64,000 nucleotides of DNA from Camelus dromedarius (GCF_036321535.1 NC_087437.1:60514001-60578000), one strand, 5' to 3'. Counted from the stretch's first letter, positions 50,031 through 63,100 are shown. Notes: generated by a model from the sequence alone, not told the origin. A program made the numbers and translations.

Positions 50031-52295
50031 GTGAGTATATGAAATCTTTTATTTCTAGAAATTAATAATTGAAGGTGGTAGACCTTTTTATGATTCCTGT
50101 TTGAGTTACATTATTAAAATGAGAAGGATTTTGCCAAAAGAATTAACTATCAACAGCTCTTGCCATGTTGGCTTACAGTAGGAGATATACCAAAGTAAAC
50201 CATTTATTAAATAAAGCACCCATTTCACAGACCTTTCCAAATTATCAAAACTGTCATTTGATATATTCTTAAAATGTACTTTTGGTCATTATTTTTATAA
50301 ATGAAATGAATTCAGCCTTTACTCAGACAAATGGTTAATTAGAAACTTGTGTCACCAGTGTTAATCGTGATAGCTAATAAATAACACATCTGAGAAAATA
50401 GGTTCCCCCCAAAATTATTCACTAGGTCATAATGTAAGTTTATGAGTTTTTACAAGTGAATTTATGGAAATGTTATTTTTCCTACCTTTATTCCTAATAT
50501 CATTTATTAATAGAATCCATGTTGAATCAATATGAATTTTTATCTTGAGGGAACAAAGACAAGTCAGTCAAGAGGAAGAGTTTGTAGATGGGCAAGAACT
50601 ACATCAAAATTCTTTTATGTGCATTTTAGACTTGTTTTTGTTTCCATTAACTTCAAGTCCTTCTTGAATTTAGTGATTGGATATCACAGGCTCCATCCTG
50701 TAGTATGTGTGTGATTACTGCAATGGAATACTCTAATAATAAGCCTGAAGAAAGAGCTAAACACATGTTGTGTTGAAATACTATTTGTAGCAATGTTTTA
50801 TGTTTTAGGATTTTTTTTAACCTAAAGCAAAAGTTTTATGTATCTTTTGATCATATTTCAAATGAATGTGGAAAGTTAACTCAGCAGATAAATTAACTGT
50901 ACTCTTTGTACATCTCTAATATCACTAAGCACTCAGAGCTTTACATAAAGACAAGGAATATGACCCTTGGTCAAAGAAATTAAATCTGAGTAAATTGTAT
51001 AATGCATACAGTTATTTTAGAAATAATAAATTCCTTTAAAATGTATTTATACCTTTCAGAAAATACAGAATTATATAGTGTGATCTGAAGCAATACTTAA
51101 AATAGAAAATCTTTGGAGGAAAAATTCTCAAGTAAATGCTCAAAACTGAAATACACAAAGTGGTTTTTGTGCTTGTTTTTTATATGTCTTTTAAAATATT
51201 GTAGTAAAATACACTGTCAGTGTATTGAAAGAGGTTGCATGTTGTAACTTTTCTTTCATACTGTAAGAAGTTAACTGAATTAACGACATATTTAAATCTT
51301 AGTCTTGTTTGTTGACTATAACCAACTTTATACCCAGTCACTGTGTTCTAACACAGCACCAAAAGTATGCATGATACTGAGTGGGGTAAAAAAATACGCT
51401 TGCCATTGATACAGAACTGCATTTCTCTCTGTAATACCATTTCCCATTCTAAGTTCTTCTTTTCCTTTCCTTACATGGTTGATTGTGGACTTTATTTCCA
51501 ATGCAGACTTTTTTAAAGCATTTCAGTTTCTCATTAACATTTTTAACATTCATTTAGCTATTCTGAAGTACTAAATATGGAAATTATATATTTAGATATT
51601 TGATATATGTATTATGAATTTATATTTTTTCAGTTCTTTATGTATTACACTGTTTCTCACAATATAGTATTAATAACAATAAGTAATTAAACAGATTGTT
51701 TTATATTGAAAATATAGAGAAACTAGAGGTAGTGTGTTTCTTCAGTTTTGTGTTTTCCCTACACAATTTTATCTTGTTTGCTTGTGCTATTTTTCACTTT
51801 TAACAAATTCTTCACATGCAGAATTTTAGATGTAATACAATTAATACATTTCTTAACTAACAAGCATTTCTTTCTCTTCTATTTAATGATATCTTTATGA
51901 TATCTCATTTTGGCTAACTTCAAAGTTATCAAAAATCAAAACATTTTAAACTTCATGTTTCTTTTGGTTGTTTATTGTGAAACTGACTCTGACCACTGTA
52001 TATGCAGTAGGAGGGGTAAATGACCTTTTATTAAAAACATACCCGTTTTATCAGATAGTATAAAAATTATTACTAAATTCAAAATCAGTGATTGTCATGA
52101 GCAAAAAGATTTAGTCCTTCCCTAAATTAGATTACCATAAATTTTTCTCTATTGAAACCTGTTTTCTTCTCTGTCTTTTCTAAAATTTGGATTCAAGCAA
52201 AGGTTTTTATTCAAATGCTAATTGCCAGTTTATAAAACAATTGTAAGCTTAGATTTCTCCACAGTATTTTTTTCTCAACTTAGTTTTTCACTTCT

Positions 52296-52449
52296 CTTTT
52301 TTTTTTTTTTTTTTTTTTTTTCTTTAATTTTTTGGGAGGGAGGGTAATCAGGTTTGTTTGTTTGTTTGTTTAATGGAGATACTGGGAATTTAACCCAGGA
52401 CCTCATGCATGCTAATCACACACTCTACCACTGAGCTGTAGCCTCCCCC
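52296..52449 (-). mobile_element. Vic-1-like SINE with long T tail
   Basis: Antisense head cactctaccactgagctgtagcctccccc, (gttt)n, poly-T. Confidence 0.88.
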
Positions 52450-53995
52450 AGTATTTTAACTTCTGCTTAGACTTAACAGAGCCTTTAAATTTTAAGGTTG
52501 ATTATCAAGACAATCTGCTTGACTAATGAACTATGAACTTAACTAACCCTTAATTATTGATATGAAAAGGTAAAAATGAAAGTTCAACCATGTTTTTATA
52601 AAGATTCTTACCAAAATAAATCTTTTCAAGTAATAGAATTTGAGCGAAATATCACTTTAATCCACTTCAGCTTCTTAATCACCTGTCATCACATGCTTAA
52701 AAATATAGGCGTGCCAAAAAAATAATGCCTGGTGTTGATACGCTTCAAAATATTGATAGCATCTTGTGACATGGATAAACTTAAGAAAAATCAAACCAAG
52801 TTTTCTATCCTTTATATTGTTTCCACTTCAAAAAATAATAAAAAATAATAATTCATAGTGTCACTAGTAGCCAAGACCATTTCATTCAAGACATGGATGC
52901 CTGTGACAAATTATAAAAGAATCTGTTCCTCTTTAATAGACTCATCTTTCTTTGTGCTACATACTTTTAAAACTATAAATGCACAAATGGGACATTCAAG
53001 AAGGAAATTGTGGAAGAAAACAAGTTTCAAGCGTCTGTGCAATAGGGACATCAGGTCAGCTGTCATAGCAATTATGTATAAACTATTAGAATTCCAGTTG
53101 CCTTTTTGCCATTATGGGCACCAAACATTTTATTCCCTATTCAGGATATGGTGCCAGTGGATTGAATCTTGTTCTATTTTACTTATGTATACTTTTAAAG
53201 GAGATAATATGGTAAAGCTTAAAGGCTAATAAATCAGTTATGATGGCATTTAAGTTGGCCAGGAGAGTTGACTCTTCTTCCTTGGTTAGATAGCATTGAT
53301 AATTCTTTTGTTGGTCTCTGTACTTATGGACACGTCTTATTAGTTCTCTTCCCATTTTCTGATTCATGCCATAAGTATTTAGTTATCCTAATTCTCTTCT
53401 TTAAAAAAAAAAAAAGATTGTTTTTAAATATTCAGCACTAACAACTTTTTCAGTTGTTTTGGTTCTCTTTTTTAATAGTGGCTTTCTTGTTAGTTTGTTG
53501 GAGCCACAAAAAAGAAAAGAAAGAAAAAAGGAAAAAAATGTGTTAAAGCCAAAGGGAAATGAAAATTATTCCTAATGCATCAAAAATATTTGAGCAGCTA
53601 AAGTAACTTTTAAAATAACTTTTGCTATAGAGCACTTAATACCTGGAAATCTAGAAAAATATGGATTGATACGAACAGATGTGAACTTGGTTCAGACGAT
53701 AGTAGTTGCTAACCTGATTTACTCTTCCCTTTTTTATCAAGTAGCACTTTCTCATTATTTCTAGCTATCATTGAATTACACACTTTAAATTTTTGAGTAC
53801 TTTCAGTTATAAAATGTTAGAATTAGGAAGTCAATACTAAATTAGAAATTCACTGTACATGTGCTTAAAGCAGAATTCATATACAAACTGCACGCTGTGG
53901 TCACCAGAGTCAGCTTTCACAGAGCTACTAGGCTGGGCCTTTGTACACACAGACAGTAGACATCCCTTTGTTTTGCCCCTCCTTCTCTTCTTCAG

Positions 53996-54095
53996 CAGTC
54001 ATTCAATGACAAGCGTAAAAAGAACCTCTTTTCCCGAAAATTCCCCTTCTACAAGAACAAGGACCAGAGTGAACAGGAAACAAGTGATGCTGACC
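53996..54095 (+). CDS. DLG1: DLG1 alternative HOOK exon I3 (QSFNDKRKKNLFSRKFPFYKNKDQSEQETSDAD), protein 4.1-binding insert
   Basis: Long pyrimidine tract, ttcag|CAG (NAGNAG) acceptor, GACC|gtaagt donor, 100 nt. Confidence 0.95.
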
Positions 54096-54781
54096 GTAAG
54101 TATGTGGATCCAGTGGTCAACTGAAGATAAATGTAGAGGGACCTACTGCCCTGCAGTTGGTTGTTACCATGGAGACAGTTTCAAGAGCTGCAACAGGTTA
54201 CTAATTATCTTAACCAAGGACAGACATAAATTAATCTATATACCAATCTTAACTTTTTCTGGCACCTTAGGAATTCCTAACTTAAAGTAAACAGTATTTT
54301 TAAGGTACATGTTTAAAATAGAATTATTCTATGTAAAAATTCTTATAAGAAACACTTAACATACTATCAAAGAATATTTTAGAGGAAAAACATGAATACC
54401 TGAAAAGCTACTTACTGATTTCTAGGTATAGCATTGCCAGTCTTTGGTAATAAATCTTCTCAAATTATTCCATTTTATCCTATTTCTTTATTATATGTAG
54501 GCATTCTGAATTTTACTTTTAAGATAGCAAGAAATAGTCTAAAATCTTGCTTCTCTACCTTAATCAGCCTCCCGGATAAAACTTCCATTATTTTAGTAGA
54601 TTACATTCAGTACTAGCTTGTTTTAAACTTTCAGAAATCTACAAAAATGCTCTGTAAGATATATGTACCTGTAATGGTCTTGGAACTGTCTCTAATTGTA
54701 GCACCAATTTTATGCATTACTGACAACTATTTTCTTTGATTATCTTTTTATTGCTTGCTCTCTGGGAACTACTCTCTACAG

Positions 54782-54815
54782 GAGATCCCTGACGACATGG
54801 GATCAAAAGGCCTGA
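54782..54815 (+). CDS. DLG1: DLG1 alternative HOOK exon I2 (EIPDDMGSKGL(K))
   Basis: ctacag|GAG acceptor, TGA|gtaagt donor, 34 nt, phase 0 to 1. Confidence 0.95.
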
Positions 54816-56103
54816 GTAAGTGATCAAAATACTCCCAAGTTATTTTTTAACCTCCGTCTACAGACCTACCTTTTTCAGATACATTTTGAGATTCATGGTA
54901 GTGCCCTTCTGGCATGAGGAGGTATATGATTTAGATTGCTTTTAGATTTTTCATGTTAATAATATGCTTGGGATTTTTATTTCTGTAATACACACCTTTT
55001 ATATTTCTAATGCTCCATTTTTCACATGTCATTTGAAAAACTCTCTGCTTATAATCGCATTTTCCTTTTTGTAATTTTTATGGCAATTACTTTCTCTAGG
55101 AATTTTTTTCAGTATAAAGAAAGACTTTTTAAATGTTTTTTAAAATAGTACTACCTGCCCTTATTATTAGAAGATAGACAATAATCTTCCTTGCAGTTTT
55201 ATCTTCCCCCCTTTTTTTTGTTAAAACATGTTTAAATTGCTTTGAGTCTTTGTTAGAAAAGCCTTGCTATAATGTGAAACTATAAAACACAACAGATCTT
55301 AAATATTAGAGAATTGTGGAACTCAAGTTCAAGTAGCAGTCTTTGTAGTAGGAAAACTATATTTTTTAAGTAAGTTTTAAGTTAAGAATTATAAGAAATA
55401 TTATCCTTTGTCTTTCCTTTAACCAGGATGTTGTCTCTGTTTTTTGTTTTTGTTATGTTCCTGTTTAATTTTCTAGCTAGTGTTTAATCTTCATATAAAG
55501 CTTTATACAGTCTGATATGTAGGAGTCATTCAATAAATGTTGGAATTATGAATGAAATAAAAAGTCATTTTAAGAAACAAAATTTTGAATATGGGTGCTT
55601 TCAAATTGATTAAATGTAAAATTTTACCAAATATTACGAATTTTTTTTAGGTGACAGTGACTCACAGGAGTAACCTTTTAGGCTAAAGTTTTTTTCTAAA
55701 TAGTTCTTTCTATTTGCATTATTAAGCATTTTGAAAACTTCTTTATAATTCATTGATCATTAAGGATATAGTCAGTATCTTAACTTTCCAAGATTTACAT
55801 TAATAAACATTAAATTTCATAGATTTTTCTCCTGATTTATATTAACTTTATACTGCACTTTTAATCTCAGCTATAGATACTTGAGTTTTATTTCAGCTTT
55901 AAATGTTAAAGATTTATATTAGATTAAAGACAATGTTTTATATGTAATTATTTATATTATACAGAATATAATAGGATTTTTTTTAGGATTTGTTAAGAAC
56001 CACAAATTTACTGTCAACTAGTGGTACACTTCTTCAATCTCTTGCCTCTGGGAAAAATTATCAGTGAAAATCTTCAAAAACTGGGAAATATTTCTACTGA
56101 TTC

Positions 56104-56200
56104 TTTTGTTGTTGTTGTTGTTAATGGAAGTACTGGGAATTGAACCCAGGACCTAATGCATGCTAAGCATGCACTCTGCCACTGACCTGTATCCCACCCT
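56104..56200 (-). mobile_element. Vic-1-like SINE
   Basis: gggaattgaacccaggacc..catgctaagcatgcactctgccactga. Confidence 0.85.
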
Positions 56201-56639
56201 GTTTCTGCAGATTCCTAATGCTATAGAATTTAATAATGATCATGAGGTGGTATGGATCAGCAAATGAACCCAAAGATTTTTGTTGTCTGATGGGTCATCA
56301 GAGACCTATGGAAAACTCATGAAAAAAGGAACTAAATGAAGAATTTGGTTCATATATTGATATTTGTATAATAGATAATTACACCTTGACTACACCATAT
56401 TTTCATCTCTCATTTTAATTGAGATTTGTGACTTGGGAGGAGACACAAAAATGATAACTGATTACCAATGTCATTGATTTAATTTTTCTAATCAGTGATT
56501 TAAGATCTCTTGAATGGTAGGTTTCTGTGCTTCATCTCACAGGAACTGAAAGACTTGAAACCTGGTAACTTGATCAGGTCAAGATTTTACGTAGAAAATG
56601 TTGATGGGGACAGAAAAATACCACTAAAATTCTAAAACT

Positions 56640-57390
56640 GGGATTGAGGTTATCACTTAAAATTACTAGCTGCTGACAAAAGGCTTTTATTATATAGTGG
56701 AAAATGCTAGAAAGAAGAGTGGGTCAAGAGCATTATTTATGGACTCAGTTATCTGTATTCTGAGGTTCAGGATACAGGGAATAAACTAAGCAAAATCCTG
56801 TGAGATTTTAATATAAGAAAATAAATGTGCCCTCATATTGGTATCTATTAAGCCTTTTGGAACAGGACTCATGAAGGGATTGAGAACAAGACAAGTTATT
56901 CCAGATAAACCTGTTAAAGAGATGTGGAATAACACTGAATATAAAGAAATACGTACATCTGTATGTAATTTCACACAACCTATGAAAAATAGGGTATTTA
57001 ATTAAAAGAGCAGACAAACAAAAGTGATTCCCTAGAATACTTTTCATAGACATGAATTCAGTGATTCTACCAAGAAGAGAATCAAATAAATTGTTGATTT
57101 GCCCTGTTGACGGTAGAGGAAACAATAGGAGAAACTGCTTTTCCAAACCTAATTTTGACTAACAGATTTAGTTAAGAGTATGATGGAATTCTGGGAGGAT
57201 GCAGCTAAATCATAATAGCTTGTGAAAAAATCTAGAAATAGAAACCTGTGTTCTTTTATTCTTTGAGAAGGCAATTTTGAAAAAATTCAAGAGAGAAAAA
57301 CTGAAGATTACTTTAACAGAAACTAAAAGTATGCATAGTTCGGTAGCACTTATATAAGGTGCTCAGAAATGAAATCATGACATACAGTTT
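56640..57390 (+). mobile_element. Ancient CR1/L3 LINE fragment
   Basis: ataaattgttgatttgcc..ggtagaggaaacaataggagaaactgct..ctaattttgactaaca resembles remembered L3 ORF2. Confidence 0.5.
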
Positions 57391-57719
57391 CAGACAAGGT
57401 TTGTACCTGCCTTTTGTATGCAGTTTATTTTTATAGCTTTCCATTTTGTAGAACACCTCAAAAACTTCCAGGTTTCCTGTTACATCTTAAAGACTTATTT
57501 AAGGAGATTTGTGCAGAACTGTTAGATTCTGAACCAGACTTATTTTCATTTGTGTTAGGAATAAGCGTTAAGAGTAGTAGTATTGTTTGAGACTGATGAT
57601 GTGTAGTATTTAATGAGAGCAAAGAGATAACACATGATATAGTCTCAGAAAGAAATGTTTGACTAGAAAGGTGAGACTTAGAAAGATTTGAAATAGTTGT
57701 GATCATCAAACATTATAAA

Positions 57720-58780
57720 CAAAAATTAAAACTTTAAGAATCTGTTTATATCATCTGTGTCAAAATGACAATATCCTTAAACTATAAATTTCTAACAGAT
57801 CAATAAGAAACAGACTAACTCTCCCTTAGAAAACTGGACAAAGGATATGAGAAGAGTGCTGAAAAGATAAGCAAATGAAATAAGCATCTAAAAAAGTGTT
57901 TAACATCCTTAGTAGTTTAATATACAAAATGACATGTTTTATGCATCATTTTGGCAAACTTTTCTTTTAAAGGAGAACCCAGTGATGAAGAGGGTTCTGT
58001 GGAATGGCTAATTTTAACATATTACTATTGGGAGTGTAAATTGGTACAATTTTTTTTTGAAAAGCGTATCTTTTGACCTGCTAAATCCTCTTCAAGGAAT
58101 TTATCCTAAGGATGTAATCAGAGATGGAAACAAAGGTGTATATATCAGGATGTTTTGTCTAATATTATTTAGAAATTATAGCCCCCCACAAAAAAGCTGA
58201 AATAATCCTAAAGTGTCTTACAATTGAGAAATGGTTAATGAAGTATGATTTATCCACATATTATATATTTTATAACCATTGAAAATCATATTAAAACATA
58301 AAGATACAGAAAAAATGTTCACAGTGTAAGTGAAAAAAGTAAACTATGAAACTGTACAATATTTCTTACATTTGTAAATAAACATTAAGGGCTATTTTGA
58401 ATATTGTTGCTTGAACATTTTTATACTTTTTGTGAGCATACATATGCCTTTCTGTTCGGAAAATACTTAGGAAATGAATTGCTGGGTCACAGATCTATAA
58501 ATATGTTAGACTGTAGTAGGTATTGCCCAAGTAGTGTTCTAAAGTGGTTATGCCAATTTGTACCACCCCTACCCCCAGAAGTATATGAGTTCCAGTTGCT
58601 ACTGGAACAGATACTTGACAAATAGGTTTTGGTTTTGTTTTATCATTTTGGTCATTCTGCTGAATGATAGAGATATCTGTTGTAGTTTTAATTTGTATTT
58701 GCCTGATAAGTAATAGGATTGAACTCTTTTTTTATATGTTTATTGAGTATTTTAATGTCATCTTTGATGAACCACCATGA
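57720..58780. mobile_element. Old L1 3' fragments (+ to ~58350, then -)
   Basis: gggagtgtaaattggtacaa, ggaatttatcctaagga; aatgaattgctgggtca. Confidence 0.7.
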
Positions 58781-60701
58781 AAAAGACTATTTTTAATTTT
58801 GAGGGGAAAAGCATTTTACCTTTCTAATAAGCTCCCAGGCAAGGATGATGATGGTGTTCCAAGGGCAGTACTTTAAGTAGTAAGATTTTATTGTAGAGGA
58901 GTTACCGGATACGTTAAATAAACTTGAAGAATTTGATTGCTTCATAGCTATCGATGATCTTAGCGAACTCAAGTAGGAGAAATCCCCAGAAAAGAGATTG
59001 CAGTAACTTTAACTTTTTATTATATAACATGTCAGACTTTCAATAATAGAGAAATAGTAAAATAAACCCCACAAATATTCATTTACCCAACTTCTATAAT
59101 TGTCATCTCATGGTTAATTTTGTTTCTTCTGTACTTCTACTCTTCCCCCTCCACTCACTCCGTTGCAATAATTAATGTTTCTTTCTCTTACATATTAGAG
59201 ATTGCAGAGTGTAATACCAATTCTAGTATAAATTTAAGAACTTTTTTTTCTTTTTGGCATTCCTACTTCTGGGAATGAATTTTAAGGAAATAGGACAGAA
59301 GGTGAAAGCCATATAAATGAAAACAGTCATAATAATTTGTTGATGTTTGTAGAAGACCATTTAAAGCAAACTAAAATGTCTAGGTAATTAGTATTAAGGC
59401 AAATCGTGATTTAACAGTCAGAATATTATACAATAATTTTAAATGATCCTTTTGAAGTCCATGTGGTAACATGGGAAATTTTTAAATATAAACTTTAAAA
59501 AAACACCATTTTACATGTGCTTGTCATCAGTCTTAGAATTTTCGATGTTCCTGATATATTTAAAATATACATAAGATGATTAAGAAATGTGTATCTTGTC
59601 TTTGCAGGTTAGAATAACAGACTTATTTTTCACTATGACAGCAATTCAAGAACTGTGATCTTTATGTGAAATCTTAAGTTCTGCCATTCTCTGAACTTTT
59701 CAGTAGTACTACTTGATTATAGGAGACTGTGGGTGGTATGGTACAGCAGATATTCCTCCTCAAACTTTATCCTTTAAATTCCTTTTTCCTTTGCCTGACA
59801 TAAGAAATTCAGATTCACCTCTCTCCTGTGGAAAATTTTGTTATTTGGTCTTTATCGATAAAATGACCCATTTTTTTAATTCGAAGGAGACACTTATTGT
59901 GGGAACACAAGAGATTACATTTACATGAGAAGAGTGCTGGGTATTTACTGAACAATCAAGTTATGAAATGGGGGCCACTTTGAAGGAGGGGCCAGGCAAA
60001 TGGGTGTGTTTTTGTTTTACAAAGCAACCTTTGTCAATTGTATTGAAGCACAGTTTCTCAGAAATATTAGTCTACTTTAAAATACAATCCCACCTTCTAG
60101 AATTCCTTTCCATTTGACTTTTTTTTTTTTTTTTGAGGCATCTGAATCTATGGCATCCGAAATGCTTTATCTGTATGATCTCAGACATGGATTCTCATTT
60201 CTCTTCAGGAACAAGAAAGAAGCTGAACTAAAAGCAAGATATCTATTTACTTTTTAAGATATCTCTTCATTAAAATGGGCATCTGTTTGCTCAGATATAA
60301 CTTGTTTTCTTTTGTTAGTCTCAGAATCCAAATTAAATGGTGCCGATGACATTTTCTCTTTGGGGTTTTAAGTCTGCAGTTGCACTAATTTAGGATTACT
60401 TTGCCCTCTTTGTCATATTCTACTTATTATTTGTGATGGATTTTTGTTCATAAACTGTATTGAACAGAAATGAGGCATTGTCCTTGACTACAGATCAAAT
60501 TTTTTCCTTGCTAATTCATATTCATTTATTTGAAATAATTAAATTTTCAAAGATAATCAAAATGTTTTTAAAAACTCTTCAGGTATGTGTGGTTTATATT
60601 TCGACGTTTTGTTATGTCACCTTGTGTTTATTTTGGTAATTTGCTTTTTTTAAACTCATGACACTATTTTCTTTATTTCTTCCATTGTCCTGTAATTTCA
60701 G

Positions 60702-60743
60702 AACATGTAACTTCTAATGCCAGCGATAGCGAAAGTAGTTACC
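60702..60743 (+). CDS. DLG1: DLG1 HOOK exon I5 (HVTSNASDSESSY)
   Basis: tttcag|AA acceptor, TACC|gtaagt donor, 42 nt, symmetric phase 1-1. Confidence 0.95.
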
Positions 60744-61040
60744 GTAAGTGTTTTATTTGTTCTTCTGTTATCTCTAGTAATAAATCCTTTGAGGTTTTTG
60801 TACAAATTTAATTTCCAAAATTGTAATAAAATACAAAAATTCATTTTACAGACTAGGCTGTTTGTATACACGCTATGTGTGTGTGTTTGTATCTTTTATA
60901 AGATGCAAATATCTATTTAAATGAGGTGTAAACTTGTATTTTGCCATTTATTTAGTAATTCTATTTTCTAACATGAGCATTAAAATAGTTTTCAGTAGTG
61001 CTAAATTATAGTTTTTTTCATGATTAATTTTTAACACAAA

Positions 61041-61191
61041 TTTTTCTTTTTTTAAAATTATTTTGAGGTGTGATATTTAGGCTTGTTTGTTTGTTTGTTT
61101 GTTTGTTTACTTAATGGAGGTACTAGAGATTGAACCCAGGACCTCGTATGTGCTAAGCACACACTCTACCACTAAGCTATACCCCCCTCCC
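61041..61191 (-). mobile_element. Vic-1-like SINE between exons I5 and I4
   Basis: gattgaacccaggacctcg..ctctaccactaagctataccccc; (gttt)n. Confidence 0.87.
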
Positions 61192-61520
61192 TTATAATTA
61201 GTTTTATTTCCTTTTTTTATTCTGTGTTACTAGTACTAGTGTGGGTCAAGTTATTGTTTATCAACACCTTTTGGTGAACATAAGAAACAATGAAGGGAAA
61301 ATTTTCAACAGTTGCTCAAATAGGATTACTGATTTCTTTTTTGGTTCCTATGTTACAGTCTTAATATTATATTATTAAGTGAACTGTATAAGCGTGTGAA
61401 GTTTTTAAATATATTTGGGCATGGGTGGAGGGGAGGGTATATGAATATTATCAGTTGTAACGCTTTAAAAATTAAAATTGCTTTTCTAACTTTTTTTTTT
61501 ACTGCTGTCTAATATGAAAG

Positions 61521-61556
61521 TAATCTTGATTACAGATGAGTATGGCTGCTCAAAAG
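61521..61556 (+). CDS. DLG1: DLG1 alternative microexon I4 ((L)ILITDEYGCSK(G)); an internal acceptor at 61536 would give a 21-nt form ((H)EYGCSK(G))
   Basis: ttctaac branch point, T10 tract, gaaag|TA acceptor, AAG|gtccat donor; 36 nt, symmetric phase 1-1; peptide matches the SAP97 I4 insert as I recall it. Confidence 0.85.
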
Positions 61557-62156
61557 GTCCATCCTGTTAATATCAGTCTCTAATATTTTCCATGTTGACA
61601 ATATATACTTTTAACCCTCATTCATTTGATTGGTTGTTATTTTTCTGCGTAATAGTTGCTTGATGATTTTCTTTTTTGCTGTGGGAATGTGATTTCTTGT
61701 ATTTTAGCATTCTGTTAACTTACAATCAGAACTCACTAGAGAGTAGTTAAGTAGCTTTCTAGACTAAAAAGAGGTAATGAAAGTATATACTGTCTGTCTC
61801 ACCATTTGCATGAATTATTACGTGTGGAATATTCAAATTGCATGTTTTTGCCAATATTTAAAACATGTTTTACATGCAGTACTTTAAAAAGCAGCTTGTA
61901 AATATATGTATTTTATGTATTAAATTTGAAAACAACAAAATATACTTTTAAAGCAGAAAAGAATATTTGTACCATTATATGAATGTAAAAGGTTTACAGC
62001 TGCATACATATAATATAAACTAGCAACAAATTTAGTGAAAATATTGTTATAGAATCATCATAATCGAGGAGAAAGTCTTCCAATATGTTATCCAACATTG
62101 ATTGAGTTCATTGAACCACTTGAATTGAACAATTGTTCCTGGCTTGTTTTTTTACA

Positions 62157-62184
62157 CGTGTGTGTGTGTGTGTGTGTATGTGTG
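62157..62184. repeat. (TG)n microsatellite
   Basis: Directly visible in the sequence. Confidence 0.9.
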
Positions 62185-63006
62185 TTAAGAATTGAAATTT
62201 TTAACCCTTTTTTAGTTATTTTCATTGAATCGAGATATAATTTGTAGACTTTTCTATTTAAGATACTCTTAAGCTCTAACCCTCTTAGAGGATTTAATTT
62301 AACCTCTAAAGTACTTTCAAGATCAAAGTAAAATGTATTTTTTCTCCTTTACTATCTGTGTGATTCATTTTGTTAAAAGGGAAGGATTTAGTTTTATCCA
62401 AAGCTTTTTTTGACCCAAAATATTTTTTAATTGAATAAATGAATTATTATAATAATCAGAAGTCTTTATCAGTGAAATAGTGACACTAGTTTTACCTTTG
62501 CATTAGAAGTTTTTGGTTGGAAGTTGGTTGTAATTATAAAAATACATGTGTGGTATTAAATATACCTGGTACGATCAGAAAAGCATCATATTTTTAATAA
62601 TAGTAAATTACCTAATATGCATATATATAGAACTGCTTGCTAAAGCATGAATCATTAAAAGACTTAATAGTTCTTAGAGTCTAAGTAAAAAATTAATAGC
62701 ATATACTTGGCATCACAAGTGAAGATTTTAAATAGATATAATGAGAAATATATATTTTAAATAGATATAATCTGTAAAATACAGAATAACAGAAAGGTAG
62801 TTATTAAATAGCACATTTATATTTATCAAACTTTATAATTTGTCACCTTTTTCCCTAAATCCTGCCATAATTAGTTTGTAGAGTACCTTTTTTATATCTT
62901 TCCTATTTTCTCAGGAAAGTTCTAGTAAGTTATATGTTATATAAGAATTAAATTAGTAGTAGTTATCTTTATAGATTTTCTTATCTGTATTTTAACTTTC
63001 TAATAG

Positions 63007-63057
63007 GTGGTCAAGAAGAATATGTCTTATCATATGAACCAGTGAATCAACAAGAAG
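63007..63057 (+). CDS. DLG1: DLG1 exon ((R)GQEEYVLSYEPVNQQE), SH3-GK junction
   Basis: taatag|GT acceptor, AAG|gtttgt donor, 51 nt, phase 1-1. Confidence 0.95.
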
Positions 63058-63100
63058 GTTTGTGAAGCCTGTTGATGTTTTACAATCTTATTATATCACC

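Noticed and set aside
53859..54290. 143-aa ORF overlapping exon I3
   Set aside because: It is a different frame from the true I3 peptide, has no recognisable domain and has no promoter context; likely a chance ORF.
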